This document shows, piece by piece, positions 19,216 through 28,758 of a stretch of DNA of 46,660 nt (position 1 is its first letter; the number at the start of each line of letters is the position of its first letter). Location: positions 1 to 46,660 of the forward strand of contig JALEQE010000102.1 in assembly GCA_022766825.1 (NCBI GenBank). Direction: 5' to 3'. The DNA comes from Oscillospiraceae bacterium. Its GTDB lineage: Bacteria; Bacillota; Clostridia; Oscillospirales; Ruminococcaceae. Under the pieces are notes generated by a model that did not search any database, was not told the DNA's origin, and saw nothing but the letters and a program-made list of their open reading frames with translations. The position numbers and the translations under genes are program-made.

Positions 19216-21153
19216 TTATCTTACTTTATCCGCGTTTTCTTTAACGATTTTAGCGATTATTTCATCAACGGGTGACGCGCCCAGATCGCCGTCCTTGCGC
19301 GAACGCAAAGAAACGGTGTTATCCTCGACTTCCTTGTCGCCGACAATAAAGAAGTACGGGATTTTTTCAAGCTGAGCCTGACGGATCTTGTAACCGATTT
19401 TTTCGTTGCGGTTGTCAACAGTCGTGCGAATACCGTACTTGTCAAGCTCTTCGGAAATCTTTTCGCCGTATTCTTTCGCTCTGTCCGTAACGGGAAGTAT
19501 TCTTACCTGTTCGGGCGACAGCCACAGCGGCAGCGCACCCGCGTATTTCTCGATAAGGTAAGCAAGCGTTCTTTCATAGCAGCCCAAAGACGTGCGGTGA
19601 ATAATGTAGGGGTGTTTCTTTGTGCCGTCCACATCAACATACTCCATACCAAATCTTTCCGCAAGCAGCATATCTATCTGAATGGTGACGATAGTGTCCT
19701 CCTTGCCAAATACGTTCTTGTACTGGATATCAAGTTTAGGACCGTAGAACGCCGCCTCGTCGATACCTATTGTGTAGTTTACTCCAAGGTCATCGAGTAT
19801 GGTTTTCATTGTCGATTGTGCGGTTTCCCATTGCTCCGCAGTTCCCTCGTACTTATTTTTGGGGTTTGCGGGATCCCACTGGGAGAAACGGAAGGTGCAG
19901 TCATCCAATAGTCCCACGGTGTCGAGAATATACTTCGCAAGCTCCAAACAGCCTTTGAACTCCTCTTCAAGCTGCTCGGGACGCAAAATATAGTGTCCCT
20001 CGGAAATCGTGAACTGACGAACACGGATAAGTCCGTGCATTTCGCCGCTGTCCTCGTTGCGGAAAAGCGTTGATGTTTCGGGAAGGCGCATGGGCAGGTC
20101 GCGGTAGCTGCGCTGTCTGTTCAAAAATACCTGATACTGGAACGGGCAGGTCATCGGACGAAGAGCGAAACATTCTTTTGTTTCGTCATCGGGATCGCCC
20201 AGAACGAACATTCCGTCAAGATAGTGATCCCAGTGTCCCGAGATTTTGTAAAGCTCACGCTTTGCCATATACGGTGTTTTGGTAAGCTGACAACCGTGTT
20301 TTGCCTCAACGTCCTCAACCCAGCGCTGAAGTATCTGAATTACCTTCGCGCCCTTCGGAAGAAGTATGGGCAGACCCTGACCGATATAATCAACGGTTGT
20401 GAAATATTCAAGTTCGCGTCCGAGCTTGTTGTGATCGCGCTTTTTCGCCTCTTCGATTTGTGTTAGATATTCGTTCAGCACGTCTTTGTTCGGGAACGCC
20501 GTTCCGTAAATTCTTGTGAGCATTTTGTTCTTTTCACTTCCGCGCCAGTAAGCACCCGTAACGGAAGTCAGCTTGAACGCCTTGATTGATGAAGTCGACA
20601 TCAGATGCGGACCTGCGCAAAGGTCTGTGAAATCGCCCTGCTTGTAGAATGAAATCGGTTCGCCCTTGTCTACGTGTTCCTTGCAGAGTTCGACTTTGTA
20701 AGGCTCGCCCTGTTCTTCGAGATACTTTACAGCCTCGTCGGGAGACAATGTAAACTGTTCGAGTTTAATGCTCTCCTTGACGATTTTCTTCATTTCTGCT
20801 TCTATTTTTGTGAGAGTTTCCGAGGTGAATGGCTCTTCCGTATCGAAATCATAGTAAAATCCGTTTTCTATAGCAGGGCCGATTGCCAATTTTGTCTTCG
20901 GGAACAGACGCTTTACCGCTTGTGCCAAAACGTGCGACGCTGTGTGGTTAAACGCGCGTCTGCCCTGTTCGTCCTCGAAAGTGAGAATATTCAATGTGCT
21001 GTCCTTGTCAAGGCAAGTTCGCATATCGCAAACCTTGCCGTCAATTTCCGCCGCACAAGCGACTTTGGCAAGTCCAAGCTCCCGCGCGATGTCAAACGCC
21101 GACATACCCGCTTCAAATTCCCGTACTTCTCCGTTTTTCAATGTAATCTTCAT
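19216..21153 (-). CDS. thrS: Threonine--tRNA ligase
   Basis: TGS domain, HTASHVLAQAV, DLCAGPH, RDHNKLG, LRPMTCP, AAFYGPKLD, IIHR. Confidence 0.98.
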   Translation of the reverse strand: MKITLKNGEVREFEAGMSAFDIARELGLAKVACAAEIDGKVCDMRTCLDKDSTLNILTFEDEQGRRAFNHTASHVLAQAVKRLFPKTKLAIGPAIENGFYYDFDTEEPFTSETLTKIEAEMKKIVKESIKLEQFTLSPDEAVKYLEEQGEPYKVELCKEHVDKGEPISFYKQGDFTDLCAGPHLMSTSSIKAFKLTSVTGAYWRGSEKNKMLTRIYGTAFPNKDVLNEYLTQIEEAKKRDHNKLGRELEYFTTVDYIGQGLPILLPKGAKVIQILQRWVEDVEAKHGCQLTKTPYMAKRELYKISGHWDHYLDGMFVLGDPDDETKECFALRPMTCPFQYQVFLNRQRSYRDLPMRLPETSTLFRNEDSGEMHGLIRVRQFTISEGHYILRPEQLEEEFKGCLELAKYILDTVGLLDDCTFRFSQWDPANPKNKYEGTAEQWETAQSTMKTILDDLGVNYTIGIDEAAFYGPKLDIQYKNVFGKEDTIVTIQIDMLLAERFGMEYVDVDGTKKHPYIIHRTSLGCYERTLAYLIEKYAGALPLWLSPEQVRILPVTDRAKEYGEKISEELDKYGIRTTVDNRNEKIGYKIRQAQLEKIPYFFIVGDKEVEDNTVSLRSRKDGDLGASPVDEIIAKIVKENADKVR

Positions 21154-21166
21154 AGTAAATCCTTTC

Positions 21167-21240
21167 CGGCAGGCTCTACGAATGCCTGACCGATAAATAT
21201 TGGCGGTCTTGCGGAATAACACCTTATATATTCCGACCGC
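21167..21240 (-). promoter_or_regulatory. thrS 5' leader with two hairpins; putative ThrRS autoregulatory operator
   Basis: CAGGC-A-UUCGUAG-A-GCCUG directly upstream of the RBS; second hairpin GCGGUC...GACCGC. Confidence 0.6.
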
Positions 21241-21249
21241 TCAATTATT

Positions 21250-21278
21250 ATTTTACACCCTTTTTTAAAAAATGTCAA
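21250..21278 (-). promoter_or_regulatory. thrS promoter
   Basis: TTGACA-17-TAAAAT on the minus strand. Confidence 0.8.
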
Positions 21279-21473
21279 GGGCTGAACCGCATATTTATTA
21301 TCGTACAATCATCTCGGAGGGCATTTTAGAGGGATTGTGGGAAATTCGTTATCTGCGCGGAGCGTTGACGTATTTCACAAAACGGTATTGCTCAGGCATT
21401 CTGCACAACATTGTAAGCGCTGACCGATAAACCGGATTTTTGCCGCCGTCGGATAAAAAATCAAAAAAACCCC

Positions 21474-21502
21474 TTGACAAGCGGAATTTGATATTGTATA
21501 AT
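21474..21502 (+). promoter_or_regulatory. rpmH operon promoter
   Basis: TTGACA-17-TATAAT. Confidence 0.85.
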
Positions 21503-21583
21503 AATATGGTATGAGTATCTGCGCGGGTTAATTATATCCTGAAGCAGAAAGCATTTTATTTTATTGTGTAGGAGGAAAACAGA

Positions 21584-21718
21584 ATGAAAAGAACATACCA
21601 GCCCAAGAAGCTCCAGAGAAAGCACGAGCACGGCTTTATGAAGAGAATGGCTACAAAGAACGGCAGAAAGGTTCTTGCACGCCGCCGCGCAAAGGGCAGA
21701 AAAAGACTCACTCACTGA
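21584..21718 (+). CDS. rpmH: 50S ribosomal protein L34
   Basis: [44 protein letters not shown]; RBS AGGAGG; below the ORF-track length cutoff. Confidence 0.98.
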   Translation: MKRTYQPKKLQRKHEHGFMKRMATKNGRKVLARRRAKGRKRLTH

Positions 21719-21721
21719 TCA

Positions 21722-22084
21722 ATGACGGAATCGGGCAAATTCAGAAAACGATACGTTGTGATCAAAAGCAACCGTGATTTTTCATACCTTTTTAAAAAAG
21801 GAGATTCCACGGTAAACTATGCGTTTGTGTGCTATATGAAGCCGCGAAGAGCAGGGAAGAACCGGCTTGGCATAGTCACCGGGAAAAAAGTGGGAAACGC
21901 GGTGAAGAGAAATCGGTCAAGGCGGATAATAAGAGAAGCGTTCCGCCTTTTTGAACCGATATTAAAAGAGAATACTGACAGGCGTTTTGATTTTGTGTTT
22001 GTTGCAAGGGCAAAAACGCCTATGCTTAAAACGCAGCAAATATTAAGTCTTATGAAAAAGAATATTTTGCCAAAACTGCAATGA
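21722..22084 (+). CDS. rnpA: Ribonuclease P protein component
   Basis: RLGIVTGKKVGNAVKRNRSRRIIRE. Confidence 0.95.
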   Translation: MTESGKFRKRYVVIKSNRDFSYLFKKGDSTVNYAFVCYMKPRRAGKNRLGIVTGKKVGNAVKRNRSRRIIREAFRLFEPILKENTDRRFDFVFVARAKTPMLKTQQILSLMKKNILPKLQ

Positions 22085-22425
22085 AATATATTTTTTTGGG
22101 GATTATTAAGCTGTACAAGCTAACGCTGTCAAAGATACTGCCGCCGTGCTGCCGCTTTTACCCAACGTGTTCCGAGTATGGTATGACTGCCATTCGGAGA
22201 TTTGGGGCGGTTAGAGGCGGTTATTTGACATTATGGAGGATTTTTCGCTGTAACCCGTTCTGCAACGGGGGAATCGATCCCGTACCCGAAAAGTTTTGCT
22301 TCCGTCCCGAAAAGTACACCGTAGACAGACCGATCGACAGGGCGGTGAACTGCGCGGAATGTTATCGAAAACGAAGATCCAGAAAGAGGTATCTGCGCAA
22401 ATGGTGTTCAAAATACGCGGCGTGA
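22081..22425 (+). CDS. yidD: Membrane protein insertion efficiency factor YidD
   Basis: CRFYPTCSEY, RCNPFCNGGIDPVP. Confidence 0.95.
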   Translation: MKYIFLGIIKLYKLTLSKILPPCCRFYPTCSEYGMTAIRRFGAVRGGYLTLWRIFRCNPFCNGGIDPVPEKFCFRPEKYTVDRPIDRAVNCAECYRKRRSRKRYLRKWCSKYAA

Positions 22426-22467
22426 TTTCCGTTGCTATACCATCGCAGAACAATAAACCGAAAGGAC

Positions 22468-24027
22468 GTGAACATTATTCAGTTCCTGTATACAATTCCG
22501 GGTATCCCGTTGGGTTATCTCCTGTATTTTATATACAATTTCATTTGCTCGAATGTCGGAGTTGCTATTCTGATTTTTACGTTTGTAGTAAAGCTGGCAA
22601 TGCTGCCTATTTATATCAAACAGCAGAAAAATCAGGCTAAATCCGCTGTATTCGCGCCGAAAGTACAGGAAATACAGAAAAAATATGCGAACAATAAGGA
22701 AAAACAGCAGGAAGAATTGATGAAGCTTCAGCAGCAGGGTTATAAACCCATGGGGGGCTGTGGCTCAATGCTGTTGTCATTCCTGATACTGTTCGGAGTT
22801 ATCGACGTTGTTTATAAACCGCTCACTCATATAGTACATATGAACTCTACAAAAATAAACGACATTGTGGAAGAATCATATAACGTCGAACTTACATCGT
22901 TTTTTGTTGATGAAGTCGCAAAAAACGACAGCGAAGTGCTTTCGCTTGATGAAAGTGGCTTGAAAAAGCACGAAAGCATTATGTATGACGCACAGAAAAT
23001 AGTTGATTATTACAATGAACATTGTCTGGAAGACGGCGACAGCAAAATTGATGTTACCGTGTTTAAGGAACTCAATTCCGACAGTGTTAAAGTGCTGAAA
23101 GACGCAATGCAGAAAGTAATGCTTAACGAGTATGCAGATAATGATAAAATATCTACGTTCGCCAACACCGATTTTTATTGTATTACATCTGATGAAAAGA
23201 AAGAGCTTGAAGCTCTTGAATCAGATGAGGAAAAGGACGAATATCGCAGAGAACATTCGTTGAGCACATATACAACAAGCGCGCTGTCCACTGCTGTTGC
23301 ACATTACGGCGCTTATAAAGTATCGGACGAGGATAATGCGGACTTCCAAGCTACCTCCTCAATGCAGAAAGAACTGTATTCACTTGAACGTTACGGTACG
23401 GTAACAGATAAATATAATTGTGCCGACGCTTACAGAGAGTCTGTTATCCGTCCCGAAGTCAAGGAAGAGCTGAACGAACTTTACGGCAACCTCAACTTCC
23501 TCGGAATCAAGCTCGGACAGGTACCGAAAGACCATATGGGATTCCCGATGATACTTGTTCCGATAATCTCGTTCCTTATGGCATTGGCGCAGACATTTAT
23601 CAGCAACAGAATCAATGCGAAGAACAACCCCGAACAGGCGTCTATGCCCGGTATGGGGCCGATGAAGATAATGATGTTCATTATGCCTTTGTTCTCGCTG
23701 TGGATTGCGTTTACAGTACCTGCCGGCGCGGGTTTCTACTGGGCGATAAACTATGTATTCGGTATTATCCAAACCATAGTGCTCGATAAGCTGTACAACC
23801 CCGCGAAGCTCAGAGAACAGGCAGCGGCAGAGTGGGAAGCTCAGCATAAAAACAGCAAAAAAGAAAAAACCGTTAATGTCGATGCCGTAAAAGTGACAGA
23901 TGAAAACGGGAACGAAGAAACGATTTCACAGAAAGAGCTTAACCGCCGTAAATTAGCCGCGGCAAGAAAAGCACAGGCTGAAAAATACGGCGAGGAATAT
24001 CACGAAGATGACGATGATAAAAAATGA
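22468..24027 (+). CDS. yidC: YidC/Oxa1 membrane protein insertase with a large internal insertion
   Basis: GVAILIFTFVVKLAMLP, PKVQEIQKKY, PAGAGFYW; synteny; exact start uncertain. Confidence 0.92.
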   Translation: MNIIQFLYTIPGIPLGYLLYFIYNFICSNVGVAILIFTFVVKLAMLPIYIKQQKNQAKSAVFAPKVQEIQKKYANNKEKQQEELMKLQQQGYKPMGGCGSMLLSFLILFGVIDVVYKPLTHIVHMNSTKINDIVEESYNVELTSFFVDEVAKNDSEVLSLDESGLKKHESIMYDAQKIVDYYNEHCLEDGDSKIDVTVFKELNSDSVKVLKDAMQKVMLNEYADNDKISTFANTDFYCITSDEKKELEALESDEEKDEYRREHSLSTYTTSALSTAVAHYGAYKVSDEDNADFQATSSMQKELYSLERYGTVTDKYNCADAYRESVIRPEVKEELNELYGNLNFLGIKLGQVPKDHMGFPMILVPIISFLMALAQTFISNRINAKNNPEQASMPGMGPMKIMMFIMPLFSLWIAFTVPAGAGFYWAINYVFGIIQTIVLDKLYNPAKLREQAAAEWEAQHKNSKKEKTVNVDAVKVTDENGNEETISQKELNRRKLAAARKAQAEKYGEEYHEDDDDKK

Positions 24028-24050
24028 TCGTTGTCGGAAAGGGGATCAGT

Positions 24051-25028
24051 ATGGAAAAAGAATTCAGCGCGAAAACCGTTGACGAAGCGAAAGCACTTGC
24101 AGCGCAGGAATTCGGCGTCAGTGCCGACGAGATAGACTTTGATATTCTCGAACAGCCGAGGAAAACACTTTTCGGTGGATTGAAAGGTGAAGCGCGCGTT
24201 CGTGCGATATACGAAGCTCCTGTTCGGACGGAAACCCCCAAGCTTTTCGCCAATGAACCAGAAGATGAGGAAGAAACGGCGGCAGTTCCGGCTGAAGCGG
24301 CGGAAGATCAGGAAGCGGCAGATTATGAGAATGAGGAAAAGTTGCCCGATGATTTTGATGTGGATAAGAGCGTCAAAGTTCAGACAGCGATAAAATACCT
24401 CACAGATGTAATGCACGCTCTCGGACTGGAAAACTTCACCATTACGCCTATCAAGAAAAACGGAAACGTTGTTCTTGACATCAGCGGTGAAAAACTCGGC
24501 GTTGTTATCGGAAAACGAGGAGAAACGCTTGACAGCCTGCAATATCTGACAATTCTGGCATCTAACCGTTCGGAGGAAAGCTATTGCAGAATTTCGCTTG
24601 ACTGCAACGGTTATCGTGATAAGAGGAACGAAGCTCTTGAAGCTCTTGCGAGAAAGACAAGCGCAAAGGTAATAAAACAGGGCAGAAAAATCGCTCTTGA
24701 ACCGATGAACCCTTACGAGCGCCGCATTATTCACAGCTGTGTAGCGGAAATCGAGGGCGTTTCAAGCCGTTCAACGGGAACGGAGCCTTACAGAAAAGTT
24801 GTAATTTACGCGGATAAGCCCAAATTCGACAACCGCCGTCGCCGTTCATCGGGAGATGGTTCGGGTGCGAGAAACTACCGTCAGAGCGGTGGATTTTCCA
24901 CGAGCTTTGAACGCGAATACAAGCGCAGTCAATATAAGCCCGATGATAACGCGGACGCTGGCGAGTTCTCAAAGGAAACCGTTGAAACGGAGAAGAACGC
25001 TACGCTTTACGGCAAAATCGACTTATAA
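24051..25028 (+). CDS. jag: Jag/EloR (KhpB) RNA-binding protein
   Basis: Jag_N; KH motif IGKRGETLDSLQYL; R3H motif LEPMNPYERRIIH. Confidence 0.95.
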   Translation: MEKEFSAKTVDEAKALAAQEFGVSADEIDFDILEQPRKTLFGGLKGEARVRAIYEAPVRTETPKLFANEPEDEEETAAVPAEAAEDQEAADYENEEKLPDDFDVDKSVKVQTAIKYLTDVMHALGLENFTITPIKKNGNVVLDISGEKLGVVIGKRGETLDSLQYLTILASNRSEESYCRISLDCNGYRDKRNEALEALARKTSAKVIKQGRKIALEPMNPYERRIIHSCVAEIEGVSSRSTGTEPYRKVVIYADKPKFDNRRRRSSGDGSGARNYRQSGGFSTSFEREYKRSQYKPDDNADAGEFSKETVETEKNATLYGKIDL

Positions 25029-25138
25029 TATCAAGTATAAATCAATGCGGCACGTAAAAACGAGCCGCATTATTTTTGCAAAAAGTAATCCGCGGGCGAA
25101 CCGCGGATTTTCGTTTTTAAAAAATTATCACAGTGACA

Positions 25139-25744
25139 TTACGCGAGCTGTTTTCTTCCCACTTGAACTATACGGACAATCGCCGTGCTGAGAATTAGAT
25201 TAACGCCAAGTTCTACAGGGAAATTAAGTCCCGTCATACCGAACAGCATATATGTTACCACATTGCCGTATCCGTTGTCGACCGACCAACCTCTTATCGT
25301 ATCGAGGAAGAACACGGAACAACCGAGCAGGAACACCAGCTTGTTTACCAGCGGAACGACAATTCCGCAAACAACAGCGGCAAGCGTATCGCTTTTCTTT
25401 GACAGCGGCTTAAACAGCAGACCCGCCGCAAGTCCCGCAAGCATTCCTTTCAGCATAACCGTAACAATTGTTCCAAACGGATTTATCGCCATAAAAAACG
25501 CCGTATCCGTGAACATTACGACCATACCGAACGCAAACCCAAGCCACACTCCCGCAAGCCACCCGTAAAGAGCCGCGCCGACCGCAATCGGGGCAAGACA
25601 GAGCGTAATTGTGAACATTCCAAGACGAATGTTCGATGCCAGAATTTGCAGTACCACAACAATCGCCGTCAGAAGTCCCATTCCGACAATCATACGAATG
25701 TTGGCTTTTTTGCCCTTGTTGGGCTTTTGTTTTACGTTTTCCAT
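25139..25744 (-). CDS. ECF transporter S component, probably PanT-like (pantothenate)
   Basis: Hydrophobic ~200 aa; TLCLAPIAVGAALYG; directly downstream of coaX. Confidence 0.75.
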   Translation of the reverse strand: MENVKQKPNKGKKANIRMIVGMGLLTAIVVVLQILASNIRLGMFTITLCLAPIAVGAALYGWLAGVWLGFAFGMVVMFTDTAFFMAINPFGTIVTVMLKGMLAGLAAGLLFKPLSKKSDTLAAVVCGIVVPLVNKLVFLLGCSVFFLDTIRGWSVDNGYGNVVTYMLFGMTGLNFPVELGVNLILSTAIVRIVQVGRKQLA

Positions 25745-25846
25745 AGAAAACTCCTTTGCTGGCACTCGGCTCTCAAAACCGATGTACCGCGGGTATATAT
25801 TTACGGCAATATTACAATAAGTAATTCACCGCAGACCCCAGAATTA

Positions 25847-25894
25847 AGGCAATACCGTACAAAGCCGTAAGGCGTTCTTTGTGCGGTGTTGCCT
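25847..25894. mobile_element. Minimal MITE-like copy C (two TIRs plus a short spacer)
   Basis: aggcaataccgtacaaag...ctttgtgcggtgttgcct. Confidence 0.75.
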
Positions 25895-25897
25895 AAA

Positions 25898-26671
25898 CTA
25901 CTTGTTTTTCTTATAGATTGCAAGCAATCCTTTAAGTATAAGATTTTCGTCGAGAACAAAATCCGTTTTGCAAAGCGGTTTAATAACGCTTGAAAAACCG
26001 CCCGTCGCAATAACTGTACACTTCTCGCCGATTTCGCTTTCAAAACTCTCAATCATTCCGTCAAGCATAAACGCCGTGCCGTTCAGCAATCCCGAACGCA
26101 TACAGTCAATGGTGTTTGTGCCGATTACTTTTTTAATCGGCTCGCCCGAAATGCCAATAAGTGGCAGACACGCCGTTTTCGCGGCGAGAGCCTCTGCGGA
26201 GATTTTCACTCCCGGAGCGATTATTCCGCCGATAAACGCTCCCGATTTGTCCACAGCGAGTATTTTTGTCGCCGTGCCCAAGTCGATAACGATTACGGGC
26301 AATTGGTAGTTTTCCTTTGCGCCGACCGCGACAGCCGCCATATCCGCACCGAGCGAGGCGGGCTCGTCGATTTTAATGTTAAGCCCCGTTTTAAGTCCGG
26401 GCCCTATCGTTTTAACCCGACATCCGCAAATTTTCTCTACGGCGGGCTTTAACTGCACGGTAACGGGCGGTACAACGGACGACAAAATCGCACCGTCAAT
26501 TTGTTTCGGGTCAACGTTGTACAAACCGAGTATATCGTAAAGCGTAATCGCGTATTCGTCCTCCATACGGAATTGATTTGTGGCAATTCGTGACTCAAAA
26601 ACAAGTCTGTCATTTTCATCAAACCCGCCAAATTGGGTGTTTGTGTTTCCGACGTCAATTGCAAGTATCAT
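25898..26671 (-). CDS. coaX: Type III pantothenate kinase
   Basis: LAIDVGNTN, SSVVP, LGAD, IDLGTAT, GGIIAPG, IATGG. Confidence 0.93.
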   Translation of the reverse strand: MILAIDVGNTNTQFGGFDENDRLVFESRIATNQFRMEDEYAITLYDILGLYNVDPKQIDGAILSSVVPPVTVQLKPAVEKICGCRVKTIGPGLKTGLNIKIDEPASLGADMAAVAVGAKENYQLPVIVIDLGTATKILAVDKSGAFIGGIIAPGVKISAEALAAKTACLPLIGISGEPIKKVIGTNTIDCMRSGLLNGTAFMLDGMIESFESEIGEKCTVIATGGFSSVIKPLCKTDFVLDENLILKGLLAIYKKNK

Positions 26672-26693
26672 ATACGCTCCTTATTGTCACCGT

Positions 26694-27740
26694 TTATTCA
26701 AGGTTTTTCAAAGCCTTTATTTCGTCACGGTTTACCTGTATCTTGCCATCCTTGATAACGGTAACTTCCTCTTTATTCACCACAAAAGGAACATCGGGCT
26801 TTTTGTCTAGTTTGATTTTCAAAATACCCGTAAGCAGGTTTACTTCCTGAACGGTACCCTTGCCCTCCGAAGTCTCTACATACGCGCCGACTTTGGGCGT
26901 GGTACGCAGAAAATCATCATAGCAGTTCTGCTCGTATTTCAGACAGCACATAAGTCTGCCGCACGTTCCCGAAATCTTTGTGGGGTTAAGCGACAGCGAC
27001 TGTTCCTTTGCCATTTTAATAGATACTGGCTGAAATTCGCCCAGAAACGATGCGCAGCAGAACGGTCTGCCGCAGATGCCCAAACCTCCGAGCATTTTCG
27101 CCTCGTCGCGGACGCCGATTTGCCGCAATTCTATTCTCGTTCGGTAAATAAACGCCAGATCCTTTACAAGGTCGCGGAAATCCACTCTGCCGTCCGACGT
27201 AAAGTAAAAAAGTATCTTGCTACCGTCAAACGTACATTCAACCTCGATTGGTTTCATATCAAGATTATGCTCGCGTATTTTCTCCACGAACGTTTTCATA
27301 ATCTCTTCTTCTTTTTTGGCGGTCAGTTCCAGCTGTTTCAAGTCGTTTTCGTCAGCTTTGCGGATAATTTCTTTCAAAGGGGAAACAAGTTCGCTTTTGG
27401 GAAATTCACGGTTGGTAAGAACAACTTCGCCGCATTCCACGCCGCGCGCCGTTTCAACAATTGCCCTGTCGCCGTGTCTGAACTTCTCGCCTTTTGGAGA
27501 AAAATAGTAAACCTTTCCCACATCCTTGAAACGAACACCGATTATCTCCACACGGGGAGAGTTTTCATCGGCTTTCATCGTAAGATCAATCGGTGGATTA
27601 TCTGTGACCATCTGCGAGGGTTTGCGCGAAAAATCTTTGCGGTGCGGTTTATCCTGCCGTTCGGCGCGTTTTTCGGGAGGGCGGTTTTCATTATGTTTTT
27701 TCGGAGCGATTTTCTCCGTAAAATAATCGTTGTTTTCCAT
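26694..27740 (-). CDS. ricT: PSP1/YaaT (RicT) stage 0 sporulation family protein
   Basis: RVDFRDLVKDLA, RIELRQIGVRDEAK, GICGRPFCC, GTCGRLMCCLKYE. Confidence 0.92.
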   Translation of the reverse strand: MENNDYFTEKIAPKKHNENRPPEKRAERQDKPHRKDFSRKPSQMVTDNPPIDLTMKADENSPRVEIIGVRFKDVGKVYYFSPKGEKFRHGDRAIVETARGVECGEVVLTNREFPKSELVSPLKEIIRKADENDLKQLELTAKKEEEIMKTFVEKIREHNLDMKPIEVECTFDGSKILFYFTSDGRVDFRDLVKDLAFIYRTRIELRQIGVRDEAKMLGGLGICGRPFCCASFLGEFQPVSIKMAKEQSLSLNPTKISGTCGRLMCCLKYEQNCYDDFLRTTPKVGAYVETSEGKGTVQEVNLLTGILKIKLDKKPDVPFVVNKEEVTVIKDGKIQVNRDEIKALKNLE

Positions 27741-27816
27741 AATACTCCTTTGTTTTGCGTGTTCTATCTGTATTATATCACGAATTTACTCATTTGTAAA
27801 CCGTTGTTGCGTTCAT

Positions 27817-28758
27817 TTATAAAATCCTTGATGTAAAATAAGCCGCCGTAAGCGACAAATTAAGATTATATATCTCGTTTTGAGCAACTTCAAACGCCGC
27901 GTCAAGCATATTCATTATTTCATCCTCGGAGAAATTGTCGGCTATTTTTTTCGACTCGTTCTTTCCGAAAAATTCCGCCTCACCGCCGCATTTTATCGCA
28001 AGCGCATCACGAATTATCCTTGACAGATACTCCATAACCTGTCCGAACTCCGCTCTTCCCGTCTGTTCGGACAAAGCCGCCGACACGCCGAAACCGTCGC
28101 GCCGACCCAAAGCCGCCGCGGCTTTTCGAGCTGTTTCGATAAGGTTTGCCTCATCGCCGCCGTCAAGAACCGCCTTACATTTTCCGATATTTCCCGCGAA
28201 CATCTCCGAAAGTTCCCGCGCCTTTTGCTTGTCAATGCCGCCGTCCGTGAGAGCCTGTTCGCAGTCCCTGACGGGCGTGTCGGGAACTTCAAACTCGGTA
28301 ACGCGCGACAGAACCGTTTCGGGAACAACACTTGTGTTTTCACAGGTGAACACGAATCGCAGATGTTCTTCCGGTTCTTCAATCAGTTTAAGCAAAGCGT
28401 TCTGGTGTTCGGGACGCATTGTGTCGCAGTCCTCGAAAACATACACTTTTGCGTCGCCGTTGTTGGGTTTTATAACCGTATCGCTCAACACCTCGCGGAA
28501 CGGCTCCATTGCGTACTTTCCGCCGCATTTTTCCTTTACGAAAATCACGTCGGGGTGTGTGCTATTCTCAATATTGCGGCAGGTGGGGCATACGCCGCAA
28601 GCGCTGTTTTTACACAGAAACAGTTCCGCCGTGTAGCGTGCAAGAGTTTTTTTACCGACGCCCGAATGTCCCGAAAACAGAATAGCGTGAGAAAGGCGGC
28701 CTTTTGCGGCAATTTTGTCAAGCCGCTGTTTCAGACCGTTTTTTCCGTACAGAATCAT
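27817..28758 (-). CDS. holB: DNA polymerase III delta' subunit
   Basis: SHAILFSGHSGVGKKT, CGVCPTC, HPD, QNALLKLIEEP, TVLSR. Confidence 0.9.
   Translation of the reverse strand: MILYGKNGLKQRLDKIAAKGRLSHAILFSGHSGVGKKTLARYTAELFLCKNSACGVCPTCRNIENSTHPDVIFVKEKCGGKYAMEPFREVLSDTVIKPNNGDAKVYVFEDCDTMRPEHQNALLKLIEEPEEHLRFVFTCENTSVVPETVLSRVTEFEVPDTPVRDCEQALTDGGIDKQKARELSEMFAGNIGKCKAVLDGGDEANLIETARKAAAALGRRDGFGVSAALSEQTGRAEFGQVMEYLSRIIRDALAIKCGGEAEFFGKNESKKIADNFSEDEIMNMLDAAFEVAQNEIYNLNLSLTAAYFTSRIL

Noticed and set aside
21279-21473. oriC call in the thrS-rpmH intergenic region
   Set aside because: No perfect DnaA boxes or clear unwinding element; only weak matches such as TTTCCCACA
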